A stretch of 64,000 nucleotides of DNA, taken from NCBI GenBank assembly GCA_020184695.1, contig JAANOX010000258.1, forward strand, positions 1 through 64,000, read 5' to 3'. The position numbers were made by a program, and so were the translations under genes. The notes beneath the pieces were generated by a model. The model made no database searches and had not been told where the DNA came from. It saw nothing but the letters and a program-made list of their open reading frames with translations. The stretch comes from Histomonas meleagridis 2922-C6/04-290x (taxonomy: Eukaryota; Protista; Parabasalia). Below, piece by piece: positions 22,714-32,498 of this stretch (position 1 is its first letter; each line of letters starts with the position of its first letter).

Positions 22714-23029
22714 CAACTTGGAACGGTTTTGAGAAAAAAACGCCGCAGCATTTGAAATTTCTCGGGCACCCCATTTGAACGAGCGTTTTTTTTATGTTTA
22801 AAATGATCTAAAAATCAATGGTAAAAATTTTGGAGTTTTAAGGAATATCAGTGAGATGTTAAAAATGAAAAATATATTAATTCATGGGATACAAAACATT
22901 GATATGTGGATGCTAAAATTGAATTGTTGTATGGTTACAATCCTGTTCAAAAAGTGGTATCGTAATTATAGATTCTGAAGTTTACAATGATCGTTCTAAA
23001 TTAGCAATATTTCTCTAAAAAAAGTAAAC

Positions 23030-23275
23030 TTCCGAAAGACACATTAATTACTTCATCTGAATCATGTAATGTTGAACTTGTTAAATTATTTTTAAAGCAA
23101 GCGAAATTGATATTAATGCGAAAGATATTAATTTGTTTTGTTTCAAATTTTTTTTAATAATTTGAATTTTCAAAATAATATTTGGAAATTATTTAAATTA
23201 TTTAAAACAGCACTTATGTATGCATCTGATTATGGACATTCAGATATTGTTCAATTATGGTTCCCCATAAAATAA
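23030..23275 (+). pseudogene. Ankyrin repeat relic carrying an intact four-insert cluster
   Basis: GAT|attaatttgttttgttt|CAA|atttttttttaataattt-type 17-mer|GAA|ttttcaaaataatattt|GGA|aattatttaaattattt|AAA|ACAGCACTT decodes to AKDQEGKTALMYASDYGHSDIV. Inserts at 23127-43, 23147-63, 23167-83 and 23187-203. The upstream sequence is degenerate. Confidence 0.75.
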
Positions 23276-23604
23276 ATTATGAATTTTAATTTATTAATAT
23301 TTTTGAATTAAATTTTTTGTTTCCTGAACAATAAAAAATCAATGTTAATTATTTTGGCCTTAACGTATGTTTTACAATGGAGTAATAAATTTAAAACTTT
23401 ATTTTCTCATCATTAATTTTGTTCATGTTGATAAAGTATGCATATCTTAGAGAGCAAATAATAAATTATTTAACGATTCTGATTTTAGCACCAGCCATAA
23501 ACTATATGTGAAATGATCCGGGTTTTGTATACTTTACATATATCGGCTGGTTTTTGATTGAGAATTCTGTACGTTAAAGATACGTTTCAAAACAAAAATC
23601 TTGA

Positions 23605-25173
23605 ATGATTGAGAATTTACGTCTCGACAATATTACTTTACAAAATGAATTCAAAAGAAAATGCTTTGCTAATGCAAAAGGTATGAAAGGTAATGATGCA
23701 GAAAGAATTATACCAAGGACATCGGAAGTTTTCCAAAAATTAATTGATGGTATATATATTTACGGAACATATCCATGGGAAACAGACGATGTAGAACCAA
23801 GGTTACTTTTTTCATCCAGCAGACGTAAAGAACAAGCTGAAGTATTTATCCCTTTTTGTTTCCCAAACAAGAGAGAAGTCATATATCGCTCTTACTCAAC
23901 AATTGCAAGTATTCTTTCCGAAATCTATTCCGAAAAAGAACCTACTAATTCTTCATTTTATCCACTTTATTTTATTGAAAAATCAGATTCGCCATATTTG
24001 TTTTGTATGAAGTTTCTTGTATGCTCAATGACTCTTCCAACTCTTTCACATCACTTTACGTTTGAACAACTATTATCAAAATTTGATCCAAAACATGTTC
24101 CATTTACTGAGATATGTATTGCAATCCATACCAAATTTTCATATGAAGAATATGCAAGGCTACTTATTAAATGGATTATTGAATGTGATCGAATTGCACT
24201 TCTTGAAGTTTCTGGTTTAATTGAATCGTATTTAGAAAATGGACAACAACTTAATGCCAATCAAAACAATTCTTCAAATTTGTCATGGCCACTTTCTCAC
24301 AGACGTAAACTTAAACACATCTTAAAAGCTTCTATTAACCAATTTCCACCAGATCCGAATGAAAAAGTTATTATTGATCAAGCACCATATCCAATGTTTT
24401 CATGGACCCGACCAATTTCATCACATTGTTGTTTTTCGTTAGCACGTACATGTTTATATGAGCTTGTTAAGCTTTTATCACCCAAAACATTTGTTCGATT
24501 ATTTTCTGCTTTATGTCTTGAGAAATCAATTGTTTTGTATCATAAAGATGGAACAATAGTTTCACGAATCATTATAGCACTTCATTATTTAATTCGCCCT
24601 TTAAAATGGGTATCTACATCTATATCAATACTTCCTCCATCTCTTATCGATTTATTAGATGCACCAAACCCGGTAATAATTGGTGTAACTACAAATATGG
24701 TTAATGTAATAACTAATGGATTTATTTATGTTGATTTATCCAAAGATAAAATTTATTATAAAGCTCCATTTCCTGAAATACCTAATTTTCAAAATAATAT
24801 TAAAGAAATCGATCCTTTATGGAAAGTTAAATCACCAGATGATACTAATTTAAATATATTAATAAGAACTACAAATTTATGGGTTAAAGATCTATTAGAT
24901 CCAATTTATTCAAGTATAATGTCAAATTATACAAATATAAAAAATGTTCAATCTGCTTTCATGGTTGAATTATATTTGTCACAATTCCAACTGAAAGATA
25001 GGTTCTTCATTAAACATTTCTCGGAAACTCAAATGTTTACTGTGTTTATTGAGCAAGAATGTAGAAAAAGATCAGATAAAATTCGTAAAAATTATATTGC
25101 AACAGCTCAAAATAGTGCCCAAAAGCAAAGGACTTCTCGAAGAAGGGCGCAAACAAAATTTATATTCATATAA
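23605..25173 (+). CDS. DENN domain protein (Rab GEF family)
   Basis: cDENN core FSALCLEKSIVLY...LIRPLKWVSTSISILPPSLIDLLDAPNPVIIGV and a dDENN-like FIKHFSETQMFTVFIEQ. Confidence 0.8.
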   Translation: MIENLRLDNITLQNEFKRKCFANAKGMKGNDAERIIPRTSEVFQKLIDGIYIYGTYPWETDDVEPRLLFSSSRRKEQAEVFIPFCFPNKREVIYRSYSTIASILSEIYSEKEPTNSSFYPLYFIEKSDSPYLFCMKFLVCSMTLPTLSHHFTFEQLLSKFDPKHVPFTEICIAIHTKFSYEEYARLLIKWIIECDRIALLEVSGLIESYLENGQQLNANQNNSSNLSWPLSHRRKLKHILKASINQFPPDPNEKVIIDQAPYPMFSWTRPISSHCCFSLARTCLYELVKLLSPKTFVRLFSALCLEKSIVLYHKDGTIVSRIIIALHYLIRPLKWVSTSISILPPSLIDLLDAPNPVIIGVTTNMVNVITNGFIYVDLSKDKIYYKAPFPEIPNFQNNIKEIDPLWKVKSPDDTNLNILIRTTNLWVKDLLDPIYSSIMSNYTNIKNVQSAFMVELYLSQFQLKDRFFIKHFSETQMFTVFIEQECRKRSDKIRKNYIATAQNSAQKQRTSRRRAQTKFIFI

Positions 25174-25442
25174 AATAAACATAAATTATATCAATAAATA
25201 CTTTCATTAAGAACTTTTATTTTTTACTTCGGATAAAGTTTTAATTTTTTTTATGGTTCCAACAAGGGAATAATTCATCAAATTTGTTCATAAATGATTA
25301 TTTTTTGTAGATTTCATTTTTTAAGATACCTTTTCTTTAAAATTCCAAGCATAACATATAAAAAATGTTAAACAAATTTTAAATTTTTATTTGAAGTTTT
25401 GAAAATTAGAATCAATTTGCTCGTTTTTATTTAAAGATTGGT

Positions 25443-26018
25443 TTATAATTCTTTACTGTCATTACCCGCTGGCTTTTCGCTTTCAGATACATTGATATTA
25501 GAAATCCAATCTGAAATTGCCTTTTCAAGATTTGGATATGGACGCTTTTCAATAGATTTGAATCCATCAACGAATGTAGCACCTGGCGCAAGCTTCTTCA
25601 TTGCTTTAACAGCACCGTCGAAACCAGATGAACCAAGTGAAGCAAATGGAATAATTATTTTTCCATTTGTATCTTGTTGTTTAATCCATGAAGCAACAGG
25701 CCTAGAAGCAGTCCAGCACCAAACTGGAGTTCCAACAAAGATAACATCGTATTTTTTGGTATCAATTGATGTTGAAAGTTCAGGAAGAAAACCTGTTATA
25801 ATATGTTTAGTAGATTGCCAAACAGAAACAAAGTAATTATCAGAATATTTATCCTTTTCTGTGGTCTTTATTTCGAAAATGTCGGCATTTGTTTCCTTTT
25901 TGATTATTTCGGCAATGTCTTTTGTGTGTCCAGTTCTTGAATAATAAGCAACAAGAACATTTTTGTCTTTGAAAGGGGATTCTTCAAGTGAAAGAGTGGC
26001 TAAAAAGCACAGCAGCAT
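25443..26018 (-). CDS. Flavodoxin (bacterial-type) with a short hydrophobic N-terminal leader
   Basis: NVLVAYYSRTGHTKDIAEII (FMN-binding loop) and YDVIFVGTPVWCWTASRPV...GKIIIPFAS. The ATG at 26018 follows an Inr-like TCATTTT. Confidence 0.85.
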   Translation of the reverse strand: MLLCFLATLSLEESPFKDKNVLVAYYSRTGHTKDIAEIIKKETNADIFEIKTTEKDKYSDNYFVSVWQSTKHIITGFLPELSTSIDTKKYDVIFVGTPVWCWTASRPVASWIKQQDTNGKIIIPFASLGSSGFDGAVKAMKKLAPGATFVDGFKSIEKRPYPNLEKAISDWISNINVSESEKPAGNDSKEL

Positions 26019-26891
26019 GAAAAAAAATGATTGTTTTTGAGTACCGGCCGATCTTATTAGAAAATTGAATTGATATTCAATTTTGATAGATATCCGTTCG
26101 AAAGTTCTGATGAAATATGGTCGGACAACTTGCAAACAATAAAATTTTTATAGCAAGTGATAATCAACCACTTTCGCAAAAAGATTAAAATCAATTCTAA
26201 AAGTGTGAAATATAAAAATATCATCAATGAAGATAAAGAAAGATTGTCAAGGGAATTTTTCATGAACGATCATGTTTAATATAAAAAGTGGAGAAATGGC
26301 AAAATCATTTTATTTAATTTTTGGAAAATTTTCATGTTTTTCATTAACTCAATGCTTTTTAACCCAAAGTTTATTTGTTGCAACTTGCAAGTGTTGTAAA
26401 ATGTTTAGGCCAAAAAATTTTGGGCTTACAAAATTGAAAAAAAATTTATTGAGACACCTTTCGAACTACAGAAACGAGTCTTCTTTGAGCCCATTATATA
26501 CTCACATTAACATTGGATATCTGATTCATATGAATTGGTTTTATTCGAAAAGTGGCATCTTGATCTATTGCATTTAAATGACTTATAGATTTAAATATAT
26601 TAAATAAAGCATACCACATTTATACAAGAAGGAAGGCTTTTATAATGTTTGTTTTTTTATTTTATTATTTGAAATTTTTGTGCAGTAATTACTTTTAATT
26701 TCCTTATAATGTTCATATTTTCTTGCTTGATATTTACAACAAGCATTAGAAATTAAATTTCGGATATAGAATTAATTAGTTTAATGTTGTTTTGACACAA
26801 ATATTTACCATTTTTTATGCGGCAAATTTTACCGATTTTTTGCCAATTCAGAATTTATAAACGGTCATTCTTATTTTTTTTTGTCAAGCAA

Positions 26892-29800
26892 ATGGAAAAT
26901 TCTACATTAAATGAATATGCAGATATGCAAAAATTAAATGATCTCAAGCAATTAATATTTAGCTTAAACGAAGAAAATTTTGATTTATCAATACAAAATA
27001 CAATGAATTTATTTGATACAAAATTTCCATATACCTTTAATATCATGATAAGTACTTATGTTTTCTCGGCATTTTATTCACTAAAGAATGATTGTGATAT
27101 ATATTTACGTTATTTACACACATTACAAGAAAAAGAAAAAGAACTTAATAAAGATAATCCAAAAATCATGAAAATTTTTACCAAATATATCTCTGAAATC
27201 AACATACAAGAAGCATATTATCTTATTGAGAAGATGATCAATAAGAAGTTAATTAATTCGGATGTTGCAAAAGATATTAATTCGAATTACTTTATGCATT
27301 ATAAAGCGAATCAATACGTAAAAAACATTGTAAATTGTCAATTTTCAATAAAAATCATTAACAATTACGACAAGCTATCAAACAATGATTTTGAACTTCA
27401 TAAGAAATTAATAGCAGAAGGAGTTAATCCGAACGAAATCTCCAAAATAATTCGAAATGATGAAATCGAAAAACTTCAAGAAATATCATCGGAAACAAAT
27501 TTTGATTATAATCAACTTATTAAACCATCACTTTATGAAAGATGTTCATTTATTAATCAAGACAATATTTCGTTAATTGATTTTGCTGCATTTTTCGGGG
27601 CAATTAAATGCTTCAAGTTCTTATTATTAAATGATGCAAAAATAAATGAAACAGGTAAATATGCTGTTGCAGGTGGAAACTTAGAAATTATTCATTTATG
27701 TGCACAAAATAACTCTTCTTTTGAAGGCGCTTATGAAACAGCAATTAAATTCCATAATAACGAAATTTTTCGTTATATCTATGAAAATAATTTGGAAGAA
27801 CTCGATAAAAAAGCAAAAAATAAAAAACTAAATAGGCCACGAAAAAAAGTATTTAATATAGGAAATCAATTTGATTTATATCGTAATGTTTTCGTTAATG
27901 AAGATGAACCAGATTTAGAAAGTGATAAAATTAATCAATTAATTAGAGCTTGTAGTTTTAGTGGGAATTATGAAATTCTTTCGTTTTTAGAAGAAAAAGG
28001 ATTCGATAAACCGAATAAAGATATTATTAATGATATCGCTAAAATAGGAAATTTATATCTTATTAAACATTTCCTTCAAAAAAATCAGCCTTCAAAAGAT
28101 ATTTTAATATATTCTTCTCAATCTGGAAATAATGAACTTATAGAATATATGCTAAAACAAAAAGGAATTGATATAAATGCTAAAGATTGTTTTCTTTATT
28201 TAATATTTATTTCGGTAATTTGATGTTTTTCATTAATTTTTGGGAATTTCTTAAACATTTTCAAATTGCACTTTTAATTGCATCTGAAAAAGGTAACATC
28301 GAAATTGTTAAATTACTTCTTAAACAAAAAGATATTAATATAAATGAAAAAGGTATTAATTCTTTTTATTTTATCTTTATTATGATAATTTAGAGTTTTT
28401 AATTAATATTTGAAAATTATTTATATTATTTAATACAGCATTAATTTTAGCATCTGAAAATGGTCATACAGAAATAGTTAAATTACTTCTTGAACAAAAA
28501 GGAATTGATATTAATGCTAAAAATATTTATTTGTTTTATTTAAAATTTGTTTTAATAATTTGATGTTTTAAATTAAAATTTAGAATTCGTTCAAATTATT
28601 TTTTAATGCTTTAATGAAAGCATCTGAAAATGATTATATTGATATTGTTAAATTACTTCTTAAACAAGATGGAATTGATATTTATGCTAAAAATATTTTA
28701 CAATTTCATTTAAATTTTATTTTACTGTTTTGGTGTTTAAAATTAATATTTGGAATTTGTTAAAGTTATTTGATACAGCATATTTATTAGCAAATAGAAA
28801 TGGTAATATAGAAATAGCTAAATTACTTTTAGAAATTGGGAAATTTGATCTCAGTGATACAAATTTTTTTATGTTTAATATAATAATTGTTCCAATTATT
28901 TAATGTTTCAAAACAATTTTTGGAATTTTTTCAAATTATTTTGTTCAGCATTCATGTTAGCAGCAAGAAGTGGTCATACAGAAATCGTCAAATTCCTTCT
29001 TGAACAAAATGGTTTTGATATTAATGCTCGAGATATTATTATATTTTATTTAAAAATTGTATTTTTTATTTGGTATTTCAAAACAATATTTGGAATTTAC
29101 TTAAATTATTATGGACAGCACTTTTATTAGCATCTGCAAATAATCATTTTGAAGTCGTTAAGTTATTACTTAAACAAAAAGGAATTGATATTAATGCTGT
29201 AAATGTTTATTTTGATAATTTTATCTTATATAATAACTTTTGGAATTTATTTTAAATATTTATATCACCATTTATAATGGCTGCAAAAAATGGAAGCACC
29301 GAAATTATAAAATTACTTCTTGAAATAAAAGGAATTGATGTTAATGCCAAAGATATTTATTTGTTATATTTAATATTTATTTTAATAATTTGATATTTCA
29401 AAATAAAATTTGGAAATTATTTAAATTATTTCAAACAGCACTTATGTATGCATCTGAAAATGGTCATACAGAAATAGTTAAATTACTTCTAGAACAAGAA
29501 GGAATTGATATTAATGTTAAAGATATTTATTTGTTTTATTTAGAATTTATTTTAATAATTTGATATTTCAAAATAATATTTGGAAATTATTTAAAATATT
29601 CGATACAGGATTAATAAATGCATGTAGAAATGGTCATCTAGAAATAGTTAAATTACTTCTTGATCAAGAAGGAATTGATATTAATGTTAAAGATATTTAT
29701 TTGTTTTATTTAGAATTTATTTTAATAATTTGATATTTCAAAATAATATTTAGAAATTATTTAAATTATTTTGGACAGCACTTATGTGCGCAACACGTTA

Positions 29801-30800
29801 TGAACATGTAGAAATAGTTAAGTTACTATTTGAGAAGAAAGAACTTGAAATTGATACACAAAATATTATTTTGTTTTATTTGATATTTAATTTAATCTTT
29901 TGAAATTACAAAATAATATTTGGAATTTATTTATGTTGTTTTATACAGCCTTTATGATTGCAGCTACAAACAATTTCATGGAATTAGTTAAATTATTCAT
30001 TGAACATGGAGGATTTGATATTAATGTTAGGAATATTTGATTCATATATTAAAAGTTTATTTTAATATTTTAATATTTAAAAACAAAATTTGGAAATTAT
30101 TCAAATCATTTGAAACTTCACTTATAAGAGCTACATATACAGGTCAAATAAATTTAATCAAATTACTTCTTGAACAAAAAGGAATTGATATTAATGCTAA
30201 AGATATTTACTTAATTTATTACTTATTTATTATAATATTATTATGATTCAAAATAATATTTGGAAATAACTTAAATTATTTAATACAGCACTTATGATAG
30301 CTTCTGAAAGAGGTGGTACAAATATAGTACAAATATTTCTTGAACAAAAGGGAATAGATATTAATGCAAAAAATAATGATGAAATGACAGCAATTCTTCT
30401 TGCAGCCAAAAATTTACGTAAAGGAGTTGTTGAATTACTTTCGAACGCTGATGGAATTGAATATGATCATCAAAAAATTGATGAAGTAAGTAATCCACCA
30501 CAAAATAATAATGGAATGAATAATTTAAGAAATAATATGAGAATAAATGGAGTTAAAATAATACCTGGACATTGTACTTATGAACAAACAGGTAGGAACT
30601 TTGCATATCACCAGAGATATTACTTATGTGAAACATGTAAAATTCTTCCACCTTATGGCGTATGCGAGGAATGCGCAAAGGTTTGTCATAAGGGACATTT
30701 TCTGTTAGAAGTGGTTAATAGACCAGGAAGTGGAGGTTTCTTTTGTGATTGTGGCGCAGGTGAATGCCTTGTGCAATGTAAATTAATGCAAAACAAATAA
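26892..30800 (+). CDS. DUF3447 - ankyrin repeats - UBR-box zinc finger protein (gene B), interrupted by 51 non-canonical ~17-nt inserts; decoded length 1014-1015 codons
   Basis: DUF3447 block (LIDFAAFFGAIKCFKFLL...AVAGGNLEIIHLC). Thirteen insert clusters (28185-30281) decode to hairpins such as AKDNDGQTAL, VKDRDGDTGL, TQNDEGYTAF, VRNKNGETSL and AKDLYGNTAL. The C-terminal CTYEQTG...YLCETC...GVCEECAKVCHKGH...FFCDCGAGEC is a UBR-box. Stop TAA at 30800. Confidence 0.9.
28185..30281 (+). other. Array of 51 non-canonical micro-inserts separating single-codon exons
   Basis: Fifty inserts are exactly 17 nt; the first is 14 or 17 nt. My tally of 5' ends for the 50: AT 29, AA 9, GT 7, CT 2, TT 2, GA 1. 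3' ends: TT 44, none AG. Clusters recur every 170 nt (102 coding + 68), or 150 nt where one unit is missing. Confidence 0.92.
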
Positions 30801-31227
30801 TAGAAATCATTTAATATTTTTATAAAATATCTATTATTAAATATCATTATTTTTCAAAAATCCATTTAGGAAAAGAAATCAGTTTCATATTAAAACATCA
30901 TGAGAAAAATCTATAGTAAAGTTTCATAATCATTCAGAAAACTAAATAATTCAATTTCCATTTTACAAAAGTTACATGCATAAGCAAATGACTTATTGAC
31001 TTTGACTTACTTGGAAGCACATAAAACAGATATAATATCAAAACTTACCAAATTAAATATGAATTTCTATGTAAATATTTAATATATGGATTTAATATAT
31101 TTTTTGAATATCAACCACCTTTATGAGATTATATTTCATAAGTGATTATAATCAACCATAGGGTGGTTCACATATTGTTTATAAAAGCATCTTAAAAAAA
31201 AATATAATTTGTATCAAATAATTGAAT

Positions 31228-31575
31228 TTACTCTGGCTTTTGACTACGGGCTTCTGCGCGTTCGCGTTGCTGTTTTAAGAAAAATGGAACACGAACATGA
31301 CGAAGGTTTGCATTACGAACGCGAACAATACGACGATGGCAAGCGCACGAAACGCAGTAGAAGCACTTTTGGTATGTCTTTGGGAATTCGTATTCCTTGT
31401 AGATTGATGCATCCATAACATCTTTTGCAGATGAACTATCAACCATATTTTTAGTCATGAAACGCTTAATGGCCTTATCGCGTGGGACCATACGACCGCA
31501 GTTCATGCAGTTAACAATCTTTTTGCGACCAGCATTCATCTTAGAGCGACCACAATTCCTTCTCTTTTGGGGCAT
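31228..31575 (-). CDS. RPS26: 40S ribosomal protein S26 (eS26)
   Basis: MPQKRRNCGRSK...VNCMNCGRMVPRDKAIKRF...YCVSCACHRRIVRVRN; ATG at 31575. Confidence 0.96.
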   Translation of the reverse strand: MPQKRRNCGRSKMNAGRKKIVNCMNCGRMVPRDKAIKRFMTKNMVDSSSAKDVMDASIYKEYEFPKTYQKCFYCVSCACHRRIVRVRNANLRHVRVPFFLKQQRERAEARSQKPE

Positions 31576-31670
31576 TTGGGAAAAGGTTCGAACACAGTTA
31601 GTCAATACACGAAGGATGACCAAACGGTTTGATTTGAATTATATTTAATCGTTATTACAAATAACCGCCC

Positions 31671-32498
31671 ATGATGAAAGGAGAAAAAGTAATAAAAATT
31701 TTATATACTGATTTAGATGGTACACTTCTCAATAGCCAAAAGCAAATTTCCAATTACACAAAAGAAATTTTTGATTTATGGAACAAAGCTGGGAATAAAC
31801 TTGTTTTATCTTCAGGTCGTGATATCAATAGTATCAAAGAAGTAAGAAAATCACTTGGACTTTTATATCCAGGAATGTATCTTATTGGCTACAATGGAGG
31901 CCAAATTTATGAGTGCGATACAAATCAAACAATTTATCGTGTTAGCCTTACTCTAGAACAAACTCACCATATTATGGAGGAAGCAAAAATCCATGGAATT
32001 CATTGTCACACATACAGTGATACAAATATTGTTTCATCATCTGATGATGAAGAATTGCATTATTACAAACGAGTGATCACTACTCCTGTAATAATTAGTG
32101 AAAATGTTACTGATGTCTTAAAAGAAGGCCCTTGTAAGTGTATAGCGATTGATACGAAGAATCCAGAAAGACTCGAAAACTTAAGGAAGTCACTTCTTGA
32201 TTGGTGCAACAAAGAGAACATTTCTATGACGTACTCCAATCCATACTACCTCGAAGTTTTCCCTTCTGCATCTGGCAAAGGGAATGCAGTTACCAAATTA
32301 AACGAAATTCTACAAATTGATCGAATGAACTCAATCGCTGCTGGCGACGCACTAAATGATCTTTCAATGATAGAAGCTGCTGGCGTTGGAATCGCAATGG
32401 TAAATGCATGTGAAGAATTAAAAAAAGCAGCACTGATCACAACACACGACGACAATGATCACGATGGGTTAGCAAAGTGCATTCTGAATTTGATATAA
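31671..32498 (+). CDS. Cof-type HAD superfamily IIB hydrolase (bacterial-like)
   Basis: Motif I TDLDGTLLNS, motif II LSSGRD, IGYNGGQIY, YLEVFPSASGKGNAV, motif IV IAAGDALNDLSMIEAAGVGIAMVNA. Confidence 0.93.
   Translation: MMKGEKVIKILYTDLDGTLLNSQKQISNYTKEIFDLWNKAGNKLVLSSGRDINSIKEVRKSLGLLYPGMYLIGYNGGQIYECDTNQTIYRVSLTLEQTHHIMEEAKIHGIHCHTYSDTNIVSSSDDEELHYYKRVITTPVIISENVTDVLKEGPCKCIAIDTKNPERLENLRKSLLDWCNKENISMTYSNPYYLEVFPSASGKGNAVTKLNEILQIDRMNSIAAGDALNDLSMIEAAGVGIAMVNACEELKKAALITTHDDNDHDGLAKCILNLI

Noticed and set aside
28185-30281. Reading each ~70-80-nt interruption as one ordinary spliceosomal intron
   Set aside because: There are no GT...AG ends or branch-point motif, and a single excision would lose the conserved hairpin Gly that the 17+3 parse recovers.
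28185-30281. Classical ribosomal bypassing (T4 gene 60 or byp type) as the mechanism
   Set aside because: Bypassing needs matching take-off and landing codons. Here take-off codons vary (GAT, AAT, GGA) while the landing triplet would almost always be TTT. A novel unmatched hop cannot be fully excluded without RNA data.
28355-30281. CRISPR-like array (170-nt periodic repeats)
   Set aside because: The repeats are ankyrin-coding, the context is eukaryotic and there are no cas genes.
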